From: Acidimicrobiales bacterium
GTDB lineage: Bacteria; Actinomycetota; Acidimicrobiia; Acidimicrobiales; Aldehydirespiratoraceae
Assembly (NCBI GenBank): GCA_029263215.1
Contig: JAJCXY010000108.1
Coordinates: 2,135-66,134, forward strand
Direction of reading: 5' to 3'
Length of the DNA: 64,000 nucleotides
Shown piece by piece: positions 46,994 through 55,607 of this stretch (its first letter is position 1; each line of letters opens with the position of its first letter). Both the position numbers and the translations under genes were made by a program. The notes under the pieces were generated by a model. The model was not told where the DNA came from, did not search any database, and saw nothing but the letters and a program-made list of their open reading frames with translations.

Positions 46994-47423
46994 GCACCGC
47001 CTCCCAACCCGGGTCGTAAGCATCGCGAAACGACTGACCCTCGACCTGTCCGAACTCCTCCCAGCCGCGGTGATCGAGGTCGATCTGCGTTCCTGCATCG
47101 ACCGCGTGGAAGCGCACATCGAGGACAGAACCAGCTTCCGGGTCGAGGCTTGGGTGCCATGCGAGCACGAATCGATGAGGAGGGTCCCACGTCATCACGT
47201 CGGCCCATGAATGCTCCGAACCGTCCTCGGTCAGCTCGACTACCCGGCCCCCGACTCTCGGCTCGAAACGCACACCGGTGGCCTTGTTCTGGGCGATCGA
47301 ATGGGTTGCGATCGGCCACCAGGAGCCCATTTCGGACGTGAACAGTTCGAAGGCGGCTGCCTGCTCGAGTGCCACAGTGCGGGTCTTGAGAATGGGCGTG
47401 ATTGCGGTGGGAGAAAGTCTCAC
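46953..47423 (-). CDS. SRPBCC (Aha1-domain) family protein
   Basis: 156-aa ORF. AAFELFTSEMGSWWP...GGRVVELTEDGSEHSWADVMTWDPPHRFVLAWH. It has a 4-nt overlap with the upstream ArsR gene. Confidence 0.8.
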   Translation of the reverse strand: MRLSPTAITPILKTRTVALEQAAAFELFTSEMGSWWPIATHSIAQNKATGVRFEPRVGGRVVELTEDGSEHSWADVMTWDPPHRFVLAWHPSLDPEAGSVLDVRFHAVDAGTQIDLDHRGWEEFGQVEGQSFRDAYDPGWEAVLSALEENPRWRAS

Positions 47424-47728
47424 TGCGGTTGCTCCTTTGATGCTCGTCGTGCGAATGAATCGAGGACGTCATCCCACAGGGTGTCGACCCACGCCCGTAG
47501 TAGGGCCACGCCCTCGGGATCGGCGGAGTAGATACGCCGAGTGCCCATGGGTGTTGCGGTGACCAGCCCGGCCGAGCTCAGAACCTGTAGGTGTTGTGAC
47601 ACCGCGGGCTGGGAGATCGGCATCTGATCGGTGAGTTCGCGCACCGACGATGATGAGTGCCGTATCAGTTCGTAGATGGTTCGCCTGGTCGGATCGGCCA
47701 AGGCGGTGAGTTGGAGTCCGACGTCCAT
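47420..47728 (-). CDS. ArsR/SmtB family transcriptional regulator
   Basis: LADPTRRTIYELIRHSSSSVRELTDQMPISQPAVSQHLQVLSSAGLV is the ArsR wHTH. Confidence 0.9.
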   Translation of the reverse strand: MDVGLQLTALADPTRRTIYELIRHSSSSVRELTDQMPISQPAVSQHLQVLSSAGLVTATPMGTRRIYSADPEGVALLRAWVDTLWDDVLDSFARRASKEQPQ

Positions 47729-47736
47729 TCGCCTAT

Positions 47737-47763
47737 TGATAGGTCATGGCTTATGATAAGTCA
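47737..47763. promoter_or_regulatory. candidate ArsR operator (two TGAnnnnTCA palindromes)
   Basis: TGATAGGTCA (47737..47746) and TGATAAGTCA (47754..47763) lie 17 bp apart in an AT-rich 55-bp region immediately upstream of the ArsR start codon (47728). Confidence 0.4.
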
Positions 47764-47783
47764 ACTCTAATGTTTGAGGGACC

Positions 47784-48344
47784 TCAGAGGAGATGCTGCA
47801 CCCGATCGAGCAGGTGGCGGCCGATGATCGCGAACCAGAGCAGGTAGGGGACAAGCACCACCAGCAGCGCGTGGACCGGACTAAGACGAAGGGTATGACT
47901 GGTGGCCGCGCTGAGCACGGCCGGAAACCAGAACGCAAACACGAACACCGCAGAGACGAATCCCGGCCCGAGAATCTCGAGCAGACCGGCGGCCACCAGA
48001 ATCACCAGGCCGAGGGCGAGCACGGGCGTGTGGGCCAACCCGACGGCCGCAACGGCCATCTGTAGAGATGGCACCGAGACGCCGCCGTCTCGACCGTCCC
48101 CAATGGTGCGGGCCGCACCTTCCACCAACCATATGGCGCCGGCCAGACCGAGCCAGCCCCATACGCCCACCAGCATCAGGCGGAGAAACGACCTCGGCGT
48201 GTCGACGATGAGGCCCCCGAAACGGTTGAGGGCCATCAGGAACGATGTCGTCGTCACCAGGGTGAGCGCCGACCAGATCGAGCCGGGCCCGACGCGTGCC
48301 CACTTGACCGCGTCGAGGCCGAGAATGCGAGGCACCGCGTTCAC
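47784..48344 (-). CDS. Yip1-like multi-pass membrane protein (hypothetical)
   Basis: The GTG start overlaps the stop of the DUF3179 gene (GTGA at 48344..48341). Five hydrophobic spans are present. The upstream part of ORF 47784..48563 is out of context. Confidence 0.6.
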   Translation of the reverse strand: MNAVPRILGLDAVKWARVGPGSIWSALTLVTTTSFLMALNRFGGLIVDTPRSFLRLMLVGVWGWLGLAGAIWLVEGAARTIGDGRDGGVSVPSLQMAVAAVGLAHTPVLALGLVILVAAGLLEILGPGFVSAVFVFAFWFPAVLSAATSHTLRLSPVHALLVVLVPYLLWFAIIGRHLLDRVQHLL

Positions 48345-49357
48345 GGTTCCCACACGGTGCCATCGGGCCAGAAGGTGTCGTAGTCGCCGGGAAACGAAGT
48401 CAGAGCGGGCAGCAGGTCGAGAATCTGGCCCTCCAACTGTCCCTCGAGGGCGAAGCCCCTCGCCGGGTCGAAGGTGGTGCCGGTCACCGTTTCTCTCAGC
48501 ACATCTCCGTCGATCTCGAGATCCACGATGATGTCGCCGAGGCGTCGGGAGAACACCGCCCAACTGTCGGGTTCAGTGGGATCGCTCACCACCGCGATCT
48601 CCAGGCCCGCCACCACGTCGTTGACCACACCCACCTGTCGTAGATCGGGTATGGGATAGGCCCGCACCTCATCGGTGAAGTCGACCACGATCACGAAATC
48701 GCCGAGATCGAAGCCGGAACTGCCGGCCGGGGCGGCCAGGGCGAGGGTGTCGGGGTGCTTGTCACGCCAGGCGCCCCACGTGGTGAACTCAGACGGGAGC
48801 AACTCGACCTGTTGGCCCTTGCGGGGCCCAGCGATCGCCTCACCGAGAGGCTGGCTCCAGATGCTGCCGGAGCTGTGATCCCACCACGTCATAGCGTTGC
48901 CCCACAGGGCACCGTGCACGCCGAATATCAGGGTTTCCCCGTTCACCTCTCGACGATGGACCATCGCCGTTGCGCACAACGGTCACCAAGAAACGAGTAT
49001 CGGGATCTTGTCGAGCTCGTCGACCACCAGCTCTCGGCCGTTGAGAAAACTCACCGGGTAGGCCTTCGATTCGCCACCGAGGGTGACCCCGATGACATGG
49101 GTGTCGTCGGTCCAAGGCGTGACTTCAGCCCTAGCGAAGATCGGGTCGTACACGGGCTTGATCGCGTCGCGGGGCAGGAGTTGGCGAAAGCCGTCGGGCA
49201 ACTTCTCTCCGGCCGCTACCGGGTTGTAGGCGTCGTCGGGGCCCACCCGAACGCCGGCGCTGGTTCGCACCGAGTCTGTGTCTTCGCTGAACGCCCACGC
49301 CGAAAGAGCGACAAGGATCAGGACGGCCGAAATCAGCCAGCGACGAGTGGGTTCCAC
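48341..49357 (-). CDS. DUF3179 domain protein, predicted exported selenoprotein (Sec = TGA at complement 48983..48985)
   Basis: ORFs 48983..49357 and 48341..48979 are in one frame: ...DKIPILVSW-TGA-PLCATAMVHRREVNGETLIFGVHGALWGN...SIWSQPLGEAIAGP...TWGAWRDKHPDTLAL. As I recall them, DUF3179 proteins carry CPLC at exactly this position. The N-terminus MEPTRRWLISAVLILVALSAWAF is a signal/anchor sequence. Confidence 0.75.
48953..48982 (-). promoter_or_regulatory. candidate bacterial SECIS structure downstream of UGA 48985..48983
   Basis: RNA is UGA CCGUUG-UGCG-CAACGG CGAUG-GUC-CAUCG. This gives two consecutive hairpins. The second has an apical GGUC beginning 20 nt after the UGA. Confidence 0.5.
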
Positions 49358-49425
49358 GCCGGGATAACACCGCGGCCCCGAAGATTTCTTCCTCTTGGTT
49401 CGTTTTCGAACCTAAGCAGTGGGGA

Positions 49426-50472
49426 CTAGGCGGTAGGGAAAAGAGGCGCGTGCGGAACCGTCACCGACGTCACGATGCCCCCGCGGTCGCCGACTGTGAT
49501 GTCGCCGTAGCGCTGTTGGAAGCTCGGGGGGAGTCGGCGGTCGCCGTCGATCGCCAACCAGAGTCGGAGCAGGTGCCTCGGTGCGCCGGGCTTGTTGGCG
49601 AAGCCGGTGCGATCGTGCAGCAGCGAGTGGTTGTGAACGAACAACATGTCGCCGGTGCCCATCTCCAGAGAAAGGTTGAGGTGCCCGTCGTTGGCGATCT
49701 CGTCGAAGAGGTCGAGCGCCGCGATCATGTCGGTTGTGAGGCGGGGGGCGTTGGCGAGGCGCTGGGCCGAGTCGATGTATTGGCGTTGAATCATCGCGGT
49801 GAGAGCGTCGTCGTACCAGCTGAGCACCGGAATCGTGAAGAACGGGTCTGCGCCGATGGGGACCTCGCCACGACGGTCGGTGGCGACCGGTTCGAACAGC
49901 AGAGCCGCGAGGGCAGGCTCGCGATCGAGCATCTCGTTGTAGATGGTGCCTGCACTCACAAGGAGGGAGAGACCCCCTGACTCGGCGGTTTCGAGGCAGA
50001 GCAGTCCGACCACATCGGCGGAGTCGGTGTGGAAGGTCTGGCGTTCGTTCGTCTGATAGATCCGTACATCGGGATCATCGACGTCGAGTCCGACATCGCG
50101 AACGTGGCCGAGAAGGTGGCCCGCAGCATTCTGGGAGCGCGCGGAACCGAGATGGGCGCCGATCCCCAGGAAGACGGCTGCGGTCTGGCGAACCGGGACT
50201 TCGGCCACCGGCCATCCCAGCACGACCTCGAAACCTCGACCCCGAATGAGGCTGTGCTTCAGTTGCTCGAGACGCCCGCCCAACCGGGGAAGGGGGAACT
50301 CCGGAGCAGATATCGCGGGAAGGTCGGCATCTCCCTCCGCGAACCAGGCGGATGCCGCAATCAGTTCATCGATCTCGGCATCGCTGAGACGCCAGGTCCA
50401 GCTCTCGGGGTCGGTGGCCAGCTCTTCTCCCACCCACACCTGGGGACCGGCTTGGCGAGGAGCCACCGTCAC
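49426..50472 (-). CDS. TauD/TfdA family Fe(II)/2-oxoglutarate dioxygenase
   Basis: 348-aa ORF. QTFHTDSAD (HxD) and FVHNHSLLHDRTGF are present. Confidence 0.85.
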   Translation of the reverse strand: MTVAPRQAGPQVWVGEELATDPESWTWRLSDAEIDELIAASAWFAEGDADLPAISAPEFPLPRLGGRLEQLKHSLIRGRGFEVVLGWPVAEVPVRQTAAVFLGIGAHLGSARSQNAAGHLLGHVRDVGLDVDDPDVRIYQTNERQTFHTDSADVVGLLCLETAESGGLSLLVSAGTIYNEMLDREPALAALLFEPVATDRRGEVPIGADPFFTIPVLSWYDDALTAMIQRQYIDSAQRLANAPRLTTDMIAALDLFDEIANDGHLNLSLEMGTGDMLFVHNHSLLHDRTGFANKPGAPRHLLRLWLAIDGDRRLPPSFQQRYGDITVGDRGGIVTSVTVPHAPLFPTA

Positions 50473-50477
50473 GACGA

Positions 50478-51131
50478 CTACTGCTTCTCGAAGAGGTAGG
50501 CGAAGGGACTCCTCGTGTAGGCGATTCCACGACCCGAGGCGTGAAGACTTTCGATGGTGGGTTCTCCACCTCGCTTGGGCACGAGGTGGTCGTCGAGACG
50601 ACTGGTGCTCACCTGGTAGGTACCGGCTCTGCTGTCGACCACCGCGATCAGTTCGTAACCCGCTGTGAGCGAGACGACGCCTGCGTCGCCGTGGCTGTTG
50701 TTGACGAGAAGCCAGCCCCCGGATGCAAGATAACGCCCGCAGTGTTCGGCGACGAACCCTGCATACAACGACACCAGCAGATCAACCGAACCATCGGCGA
50801 TGTCGAGAGGTTCGCGGTAGTCGGCGTGGATGAAGTCGACCTCGAAGGAGTCGGACGATCCGTCCCGTTTCGACCGGATCAGTTCCTCGACCGCTCCGGT
50901 GTCGGAGAAGAAGCGGTTGGCCTTCTTGTCGGAATCGACATAGGTGACGTGGTCGAACGCCACCGACGGGGCGATGTCAATATGGCTGCCGGGATACAAC
51001 ACCGACTCAGGTTCGATATGGCGACACAGCGCCTCGAACAGGGGAGCTCGATCGCCATGGTGGCGCTCGTAGTCGGCATGGACGCGGGCAACATCGAAGG
51101 CGGCCATAGGGTCAGAAGTTGGCATCGGCAT
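50478..51131 (-). CDS. hypothetical protein, possible SAM-dependent methyltransferase fold
   Basis: 217-aa ORF with good coding composition. VLYPGSHIDIAPS and DLLVSLYAG weakly resemble MTase motifs I and post-I. It overlaps the SBP gene end by 20 nt. Confidence 0.5.
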   Translation of the reverse strand: MPMPTSDPMAAFDVARVHADYERHHGDRAPLFEALCRHIEPESVLYPGSHIDIAPSVAFDHVTYVDSDKKANRFFSDTGAVEELIRSKRDGSSDSFEVDFIHADYREPLDIADGSVDLLVSLYAGFVAEHCGRYLASGGWLLVNNSHGDAGVVSLTAGYELIAVVDSRAGTYQVSTSRLDDHLVPKRGGEPTIESLHASGRGIAYTRSPFAYLFEKQ

Positions 51132-52719
51132 AGTCGCTCAGCGCCTCGTTGAGATCCGCCGACGCCTCGGCCAATATGGCCGCGGGGTCACCCCCTCCCA
51201 GCAAGAGCTCTTCGAGCGAGCCACTGAAGATCTCCCTCTGTTCGGTGAAGGGGCCGATGGCCGGGCCGGGGAAGTCGGTGTCGATTCGCCCGAGTTGGGC
51301 GTAGGCGGTGGCCAGCCACTGGCCGGCCGCATCGTTTTGCCAGACCGCCTGCACCTCCGCGTCGTTGAGCACGGCGGCGTTGGTGGGTAGGTAGGAGCCC
51401 TTGAGGTGGATGATCTTCTGCTGGTCGACCCCGCTGATGTACTTCATGAACTCCCAGGCTGCGGCCTTCTCGGCATCGGTGCCGTTGTCGGTCATGTAGT
51501 AGGCGCCTCCCGACATGAAGATCCGGCCTGCTTCGTTGAGTCCTGGCAGGGGGGCGACATCGATGTTGATGTCGAGATCGGTCTCACCCGTACCGGATTG
51601 CTCGACGAGTTCGGCCAGGTTGGCCGTTCCGCCGAGGACACCGGAGACGGTGGTGGATGCCGTGGATGTCTCGATGATCATCGATGCCACACCCGGTGTT
51701 GCCACCGCGAAATAGTGAGACACCTGACCGGGCGTGTTGCTGAACGCCACGATGAGTCCCGCATCGTTCATGTCCGCGAGCAGGGTGTAGAGCTCCAAAG
51801 CCTCAGGACCGTCGAAGGTTGCCTCGGTGGCATTGCCGGCCCGTCCGTTGTCGGCATTGACCAGGGCCACGCCGGCACCCGTGAGCCAGGTCTCCACGAA
51901 CCAGCCCTGCATCAGTAGTGAAACCGGTGTCTCCGCGATCCCCGCATCCTTGATCGCCTGGGCCGCATCGCGCACCTCGGCGAGGGTGGTGGGGGGAGAG
52001 TCCGGGTCGAGACCAGCAGCCTCGAAGTGATCGCGGTTGTAGTAGAGCACCGGGGTGCTCACGTTCATCTGGGCGGGATACAACGCCCCATCGATCGAGT
52101 AGAACGCCCGCACCTGCTCATCGATCGCCGACAGGTCGAAATCGTCGGCCTCGACGCATGACTGGGCGGGAAGGACGGTGCCCGAGTCGACCATGTCGCG
52201 AAACGCGCCGGTATCGGCGATCGCCACCGCGGGAAGGTCGTCGAAGCTGATCGATTCGCGGTACTTGGCGAGCAGTTCGCCGTAGCTGCCCTGGGCCTGC
52301 ACGTTGACGATGATCTTGTCCTGGCTCGCATTGAACCCGGCGGCGAGGTCTTCCATCGCCTCTTCGGTGAGAGCGGTGTAGGGATGCCAGAAGTCGATCT
52401 CGACGACCCCATCGACGTCGAGATGAGCGCCGGCTGGACAGGCGGGCAGGTCGAGTTGGTCGCTCAGTTCCTGCTCGGCGGAACCGCCGCCGTCGCCGGT
52501 TGCGTCGCCCCCGCCGGCTGCTTCGTCGGCGCCATCGGAATCACCATCGTCGTCGGCGGAATCGCCATCGTCGTCGGTTGAGTCGGCGTCGGCGGTGTCT
52601 TCGTCGCCTGAATCATCGTCGCCCGAGCCGGTGTCGACATCGCCGCTATCGTCGTCTCCACCTCCACAAGCTGCAGCGAGGAGGGCCAGAGCAAGGAGGA
52701 TTGCCGCTAGTCGTTTCAT
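51112..52719 (-). CDS. ABC transporter extracellular solute-binding lipoprotein (family 1, sugar/glycerol-phosphate type)
   Basis: The lipobox in MKRLAAILLALALLAAAC is followed by a ~65-aa Asp/Gly/Ser acidic linker and then an SBP_bac_1-like body (EIDFWHPYTA...VNVQAQGSYGELL). Confidence 0.85.
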   Translation of the reverse strand: MKRLAAILLALALLAAACGGGDDDSGDVDTGSGDDDSGDEDTADADSTDDDGDSADDDGDSDGADEAAGGGDATGDGGGSAEQELSDQLDLPACPAGAHLDVDGVVEIDFWHPYTALTEEAMEDLAAGFNASQDKIIVNVQAQGSYGELLAKYRESISFDDLPAVAIADTGAFRDMVDSGTVLPAQSCVEADDFDLSAIDEQVRAFYSIDGALYPAQMNVSTPVLYYNRDHFEAAGLDPDSPPTTLAEVRDAAQAIKDAGIAETPVSLLMQGWFVETWLTGAGVALVNADNGRAGNATEATFDGPEALELYTLLADMNDAGLIVAFSNTPGQVSHYFAVATPGVASMIIETSTASTTVSGVLGGTANLAELVEQSGTGETDLDINIDVAPLPGLNEAGRIFMSGGAYYMTDNGTDAEKAAAWEFMKYISGVDQQKIIHLKGSYLPTNAAVLNDAEVQAVWQNDAAGQWLATAYAQLGRIDTDFPGPAIGPFTEQREIFSGSLEELLLGGGDPAAILAEASADLNEALSDYADANF

Positions 52720-52747
52720 GGTGGTGGCTCCAAATGGGGGGTGGGGA

Positions 52748-53587
52748 TCAGCCCTTCACCGCGCCAGCGGTGAGACCACGGACGATGTGACGCTGAAAGA
52801 AGATGAGAACGAGGAGCACCGGTAGTGCGGCGAGAAGGGCCGCGGCGACTCCAACATTGAGCTGATCGGCGGTGGAGTTCGCCACCGCGCGTAGCCCGAT
52901 CTGGATCGTATTCCAGTCGGAGTCGTCCGTTATTGCTCGGGGCCACAGATAACTGTTCCAAGCCGCGAGAAATGACAGCACCGTAAACGCCGCGATGACC
53001 GGTCGAGTCACGGGGATGGCGACCCGCCAAAGGAATCGGAGGTGCCCATAGCCGTCGAGCGCGGCCGCGTCGCGTAGATCGCGGTGGATCCCGAGGAAGC
53101 CTTGGCGGACGAGGAAAATCCCGAGAGCGGTGGCGAGGAAGGGAACGGTCAGGCCCTCGACCGAGTTGGTCCATCCGAGCTCGCGGATCGTGCGTGAATT
53201 CGCCACCAGCGTGACCTCGATGGGCAGCATCAGGGTTGCCATGGTGACCGCGAACATGAGCCGCTTGAGGGGAAACTCGACGAAGGCGAAGGCGTAGGCG
53301 GCAAGCACGCTCGTCACCAGCTGACCGACGACGATGATCACCGTGACCAGCGCCGAAAGAGCCAATTGGCGCCCGAACCTGGCCTCGTCGAAAGCACGAG
53401 TGAAGACATCCCATTCGATGTCGACCGGGTAGGGCGGTTGGCCTCGCTCGAATGACCACGTGATCGGGTTGGACAGGGCCCGAACGATGGTCATCCATAT
53501 CGGAAACAGCACCACCAGAGAGAGCGCGGTGAGTACTGCGTACCAGCCCGCGTTGCGTGCCCACCGCGGAGCAGGGTCAGTTCGCAT
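52748..53587 (-). CDS. carbohydrate ABC transporter permease (MalG/UgpE-like)
   Basis: 279-aa ORF with six TM spans. The EAA-type loop reads DAAALDGYGHLRFLWRVAIPVTRP. Confidence 0.85.
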   Translation of the reverse strand: MRTDPAPRWARNAGWYAVLTALSLVVLFPIWMTIVRALSNPITWSFERGQPPYPVDIEWDVFTRAFDEARFGRQLALSALVTVIIVVGQLVTSVLAAYAFAFVEFPLKRLMFAVTMATLMLPIEVTLVANSRTIRELGWTNSVEGLTVPFLATALGIFLVRQGFLGIHRDLRDAAALDGYGHLRFLWRVAIPVTRPVIAAFTVLSFLAAWNSYLWPRAITDDSDWNTIQIGLRAVANSTADQLNVGVAAALLAALPVLLVLIFFQRHIVRGLTAGAVKG

Positions 53588-54437
53588 AGTGCACTCTCCG
53601 CTCGAGCAACCAGAACTGGAGCGTCGCGACAGCTCCGGTCACCAGGAAGAGGCCCACCGACATGACCGATCCCTCGCCGAGTTGTCGTGGTTCCTGGCTG
53701 CTGAAGATCTTGTACACCAGGGTCTCGGTGGCTCCGGCCGGACCGCCGCCGGTGAGCACGTCGATCTGGGCGAATGCCTGGAGTCCGAACACGGTGAGCG
53801 CCACCGACAAGAAGAGCAGGGTGGGCGTGATCATCGGGAGGGTGACGCGACCGAACGTCTTCACGGGGCCGAACCCGTCGAGCCGCGCTGCTTCGAGTAA
53901 ATCGTCGGGCACCGCCTGTAGTCCGGCCAAGGTGATGATGAACGTGAGGCCCAGGTTTTGCCAGATGCCGGTGAGCGCGACCGCGAAAATCGCCCGGTCG
54001 GGGTCGAGCAGGTCGAAGATCCAGGGATTGCTGACATAGCCGATGCTGGGTTCGAGCAACACGAAGAAAACCACCGCGGTGACCGCGGTGGAACTGGCGA
54101 TCGTGCTCGAGAAGATCACCTGGAAAGCCTTTATCCCACGGAGGCGGCGGTTGGCCGCAACGGCAAGGAGAATCCCCATCGCAACCCCGATGGGCACGGT
54201 GAGCAGCACGAACTGGGCGGTGATCCACAGCCCATCGCGGAACCCCTCACCGGTGAGGACATCGGTGTACTGGCTGACCCCGACCCAGCGCTGGCGGGTA
54301 CCCGTGCGGTTCTGTTCGTGCAGGCCCAGCCAGATCACCCGCCACAAGGGGTAGAACGCGAATGTGGTGAAGATGATCAGGGCAGGGGCGAGCAGGCCGT
54401 ACCCGGCAAGGGCCTGCCGGGCACGACTCGACTTCAC
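53577..54437 (-). CDS. sugar ABC transporter permease (MalF/UgpA-like)
   Basis: 286-aa ORF. The EAA loop reads EAARLDGFGPVKTFGRVTLPMITP. Confidence 0.85.
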   Translation of the reverse strand: MKSSRARQALAGYGLLAPALIIFTTFAFYPLWRVIWLGLHEQNRTGTRQRWVGVSQYTDVLTGEGFRDGLWITAQFVLLTVPIGVAMGILLAVAANRRLRGIKAFQVIFSSTIASSTAVTAVVFFVLLEPSIGYVSNPWIFDLLDPDRAIFAVALTGIWQNLGLTFIITLAGLQAVPDDLLEAARLDGFGPVKTFGRVTLPMITPTLLFLSVALTVFGLQAFAQIDVLTGGGPAGATETLVYKIFSSQEPRQLGEGSVMSVGLFLVTGAVATLQFWLLERRVHYAN

Positions 54438-55528
54438 GATTCGACCTCGGCCAACCTCTGGCCAGTGGCGGAGTCGAAGAGGTGGATGTCGCCGGCCTCT
54501 ACAGAGAGTCGCACCGACGCGCCGGCTGCCACCAGCTCACCCTGATCCGCGGCACGGACCAAGAGCTGGTCGTCGCCGGCGGCGAGGTGCAGGATCTGCT
54601 CGTGACCCAGCCATTCGGCGGTGGTGACCGTGGCCGCGAATCCGGTGTCGGAGATCGAGAGATGTTCGGGGCGAACACCGATCGTCACCGGGAGACCTTC
54701 GGTGAGTCCGAGCCACCGCTGGCCGATGGCAACGGTGCCGGCGGAACTCGCGACCGACCAGCTGCCTGCCCCGTCGGATCTGGCTACACCGGCCACGAGG
54801 TTCATCGGTGGGCTTCCTATGAAGCGGGCGACGAACTCGTTGGCCGGCCGCTCGTAGATCGTCCTCGGGTCGCCGACCTGTTGTAGTTCTCCGCCGTTGA
54901 TCACCGCGATGGAAGTGGCCATCGTCATTGCCTCGACCTGATCGTGGGTGACATAGACGAAGGTGGTGCCGAGAGATCGGTGAAGCTCTACCAACTCGGC
55001 CCGGGTCTGAGCCCTCAGGCTGGCATCGAGATTCGAGAGCGGTTCGTCCATGCAAAATACCGCAGGACTGCGCACGATTGCTCTGGCCAGCGCCACCCGC
55101 TGGCGTTGGCCTCCCGAGAGCTGGCCGGGCTTGCGGTGGAGGAGATCGGCGAGACCGAGCCGGGCCGCGACAGACTCGACCTGTTCCTGGCGCGACTGCT
55201 TGTCGTTGCTCTCGGAGCGATGTCCGATAAGGGGCGATTCGATGTTCTTCGCCACCGTCATGTGGGGGTAGAGGGCATAGCTCTGAAAGACCATGGCAAC
55301 GTCGCGGTTGCGGGCGTCGATGTCGTTGACCACTCGATCTCCGATCGAGATCGTGCCCTCGGTCGGGTCCTCGAGACCGGCCAGCATCCTCAGCGCCGTG
55401 CTCTTGCCGCAGCCCGAGGGCCCCAAGAGCACCAGGAACTCGCCATCGGCCACCTGCAAAGACAGCTTGTGGATTGCCGTGGTGTCGCCGAACTGTTTCG
55501 TGACCCCGGCGAAACTGATTGTGCTCAT
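54434..55528 (-). CDS. ABC transporter ATP-binding protein (MalK/UgpC-like)
   Basis: Start at MSTISFAGVTKQF (55528). GPSGCGKST, LSGGQRQRVALARA and FCMDEPLSNLD are present, followed by a C-terminal TOBE-like domain. Confidence 0.9.
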   Translation of the reverse strand: MSTISFAGVTKQFGDTTAIHKLSLQVADGEFLVLLGPSGCGKSTALRMLAGLEDPTEGTISIGDRVVNDIDARNRDVAMVFQSYALYPHMTVAKNIESPLIGHRSESNDKQSRQEQVESVAARLGLADLLHRKPGQLSGGQRQRVALARAIVRSPAVFCMDEPLSNLDASLRAQTRAELVELHRSLGTTFVYVTHDQVEAMTMATSIAVINGGELQQVGDPRTIYERPANEFVARFIGSPPMNLVAGVARSDGAGSWSVASSAGTVAIGQRWLGLTEGLPVTIGVRPEHLSISDTGFAATVTTAEWLGHEQILHLAAGDDQLLVRAADQGELVAAGASVRLSVEAGDIHLFDSATGQRLAEVES

Positions 55529-55607
55529 GGCTGCATCCGACCCCCTGCCGGATCCTAGATCCGGCAAAGGCTGGTGGAGCCAATTGGAGCGAGGCCTTGT
55601 GCGGCAA

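Noticed and set aside
52470-52665. Degenerate GAC/GGC/GTC-rich DNA repeats, considered as a tandem repeat, CRISPR-like or VNTR element
   Set aside because: The repeats are irregular and lie in frame within the SBP gene, encoding an acidic D/G/S linker after the lipobox. There is no spacer-repeat periodicity.
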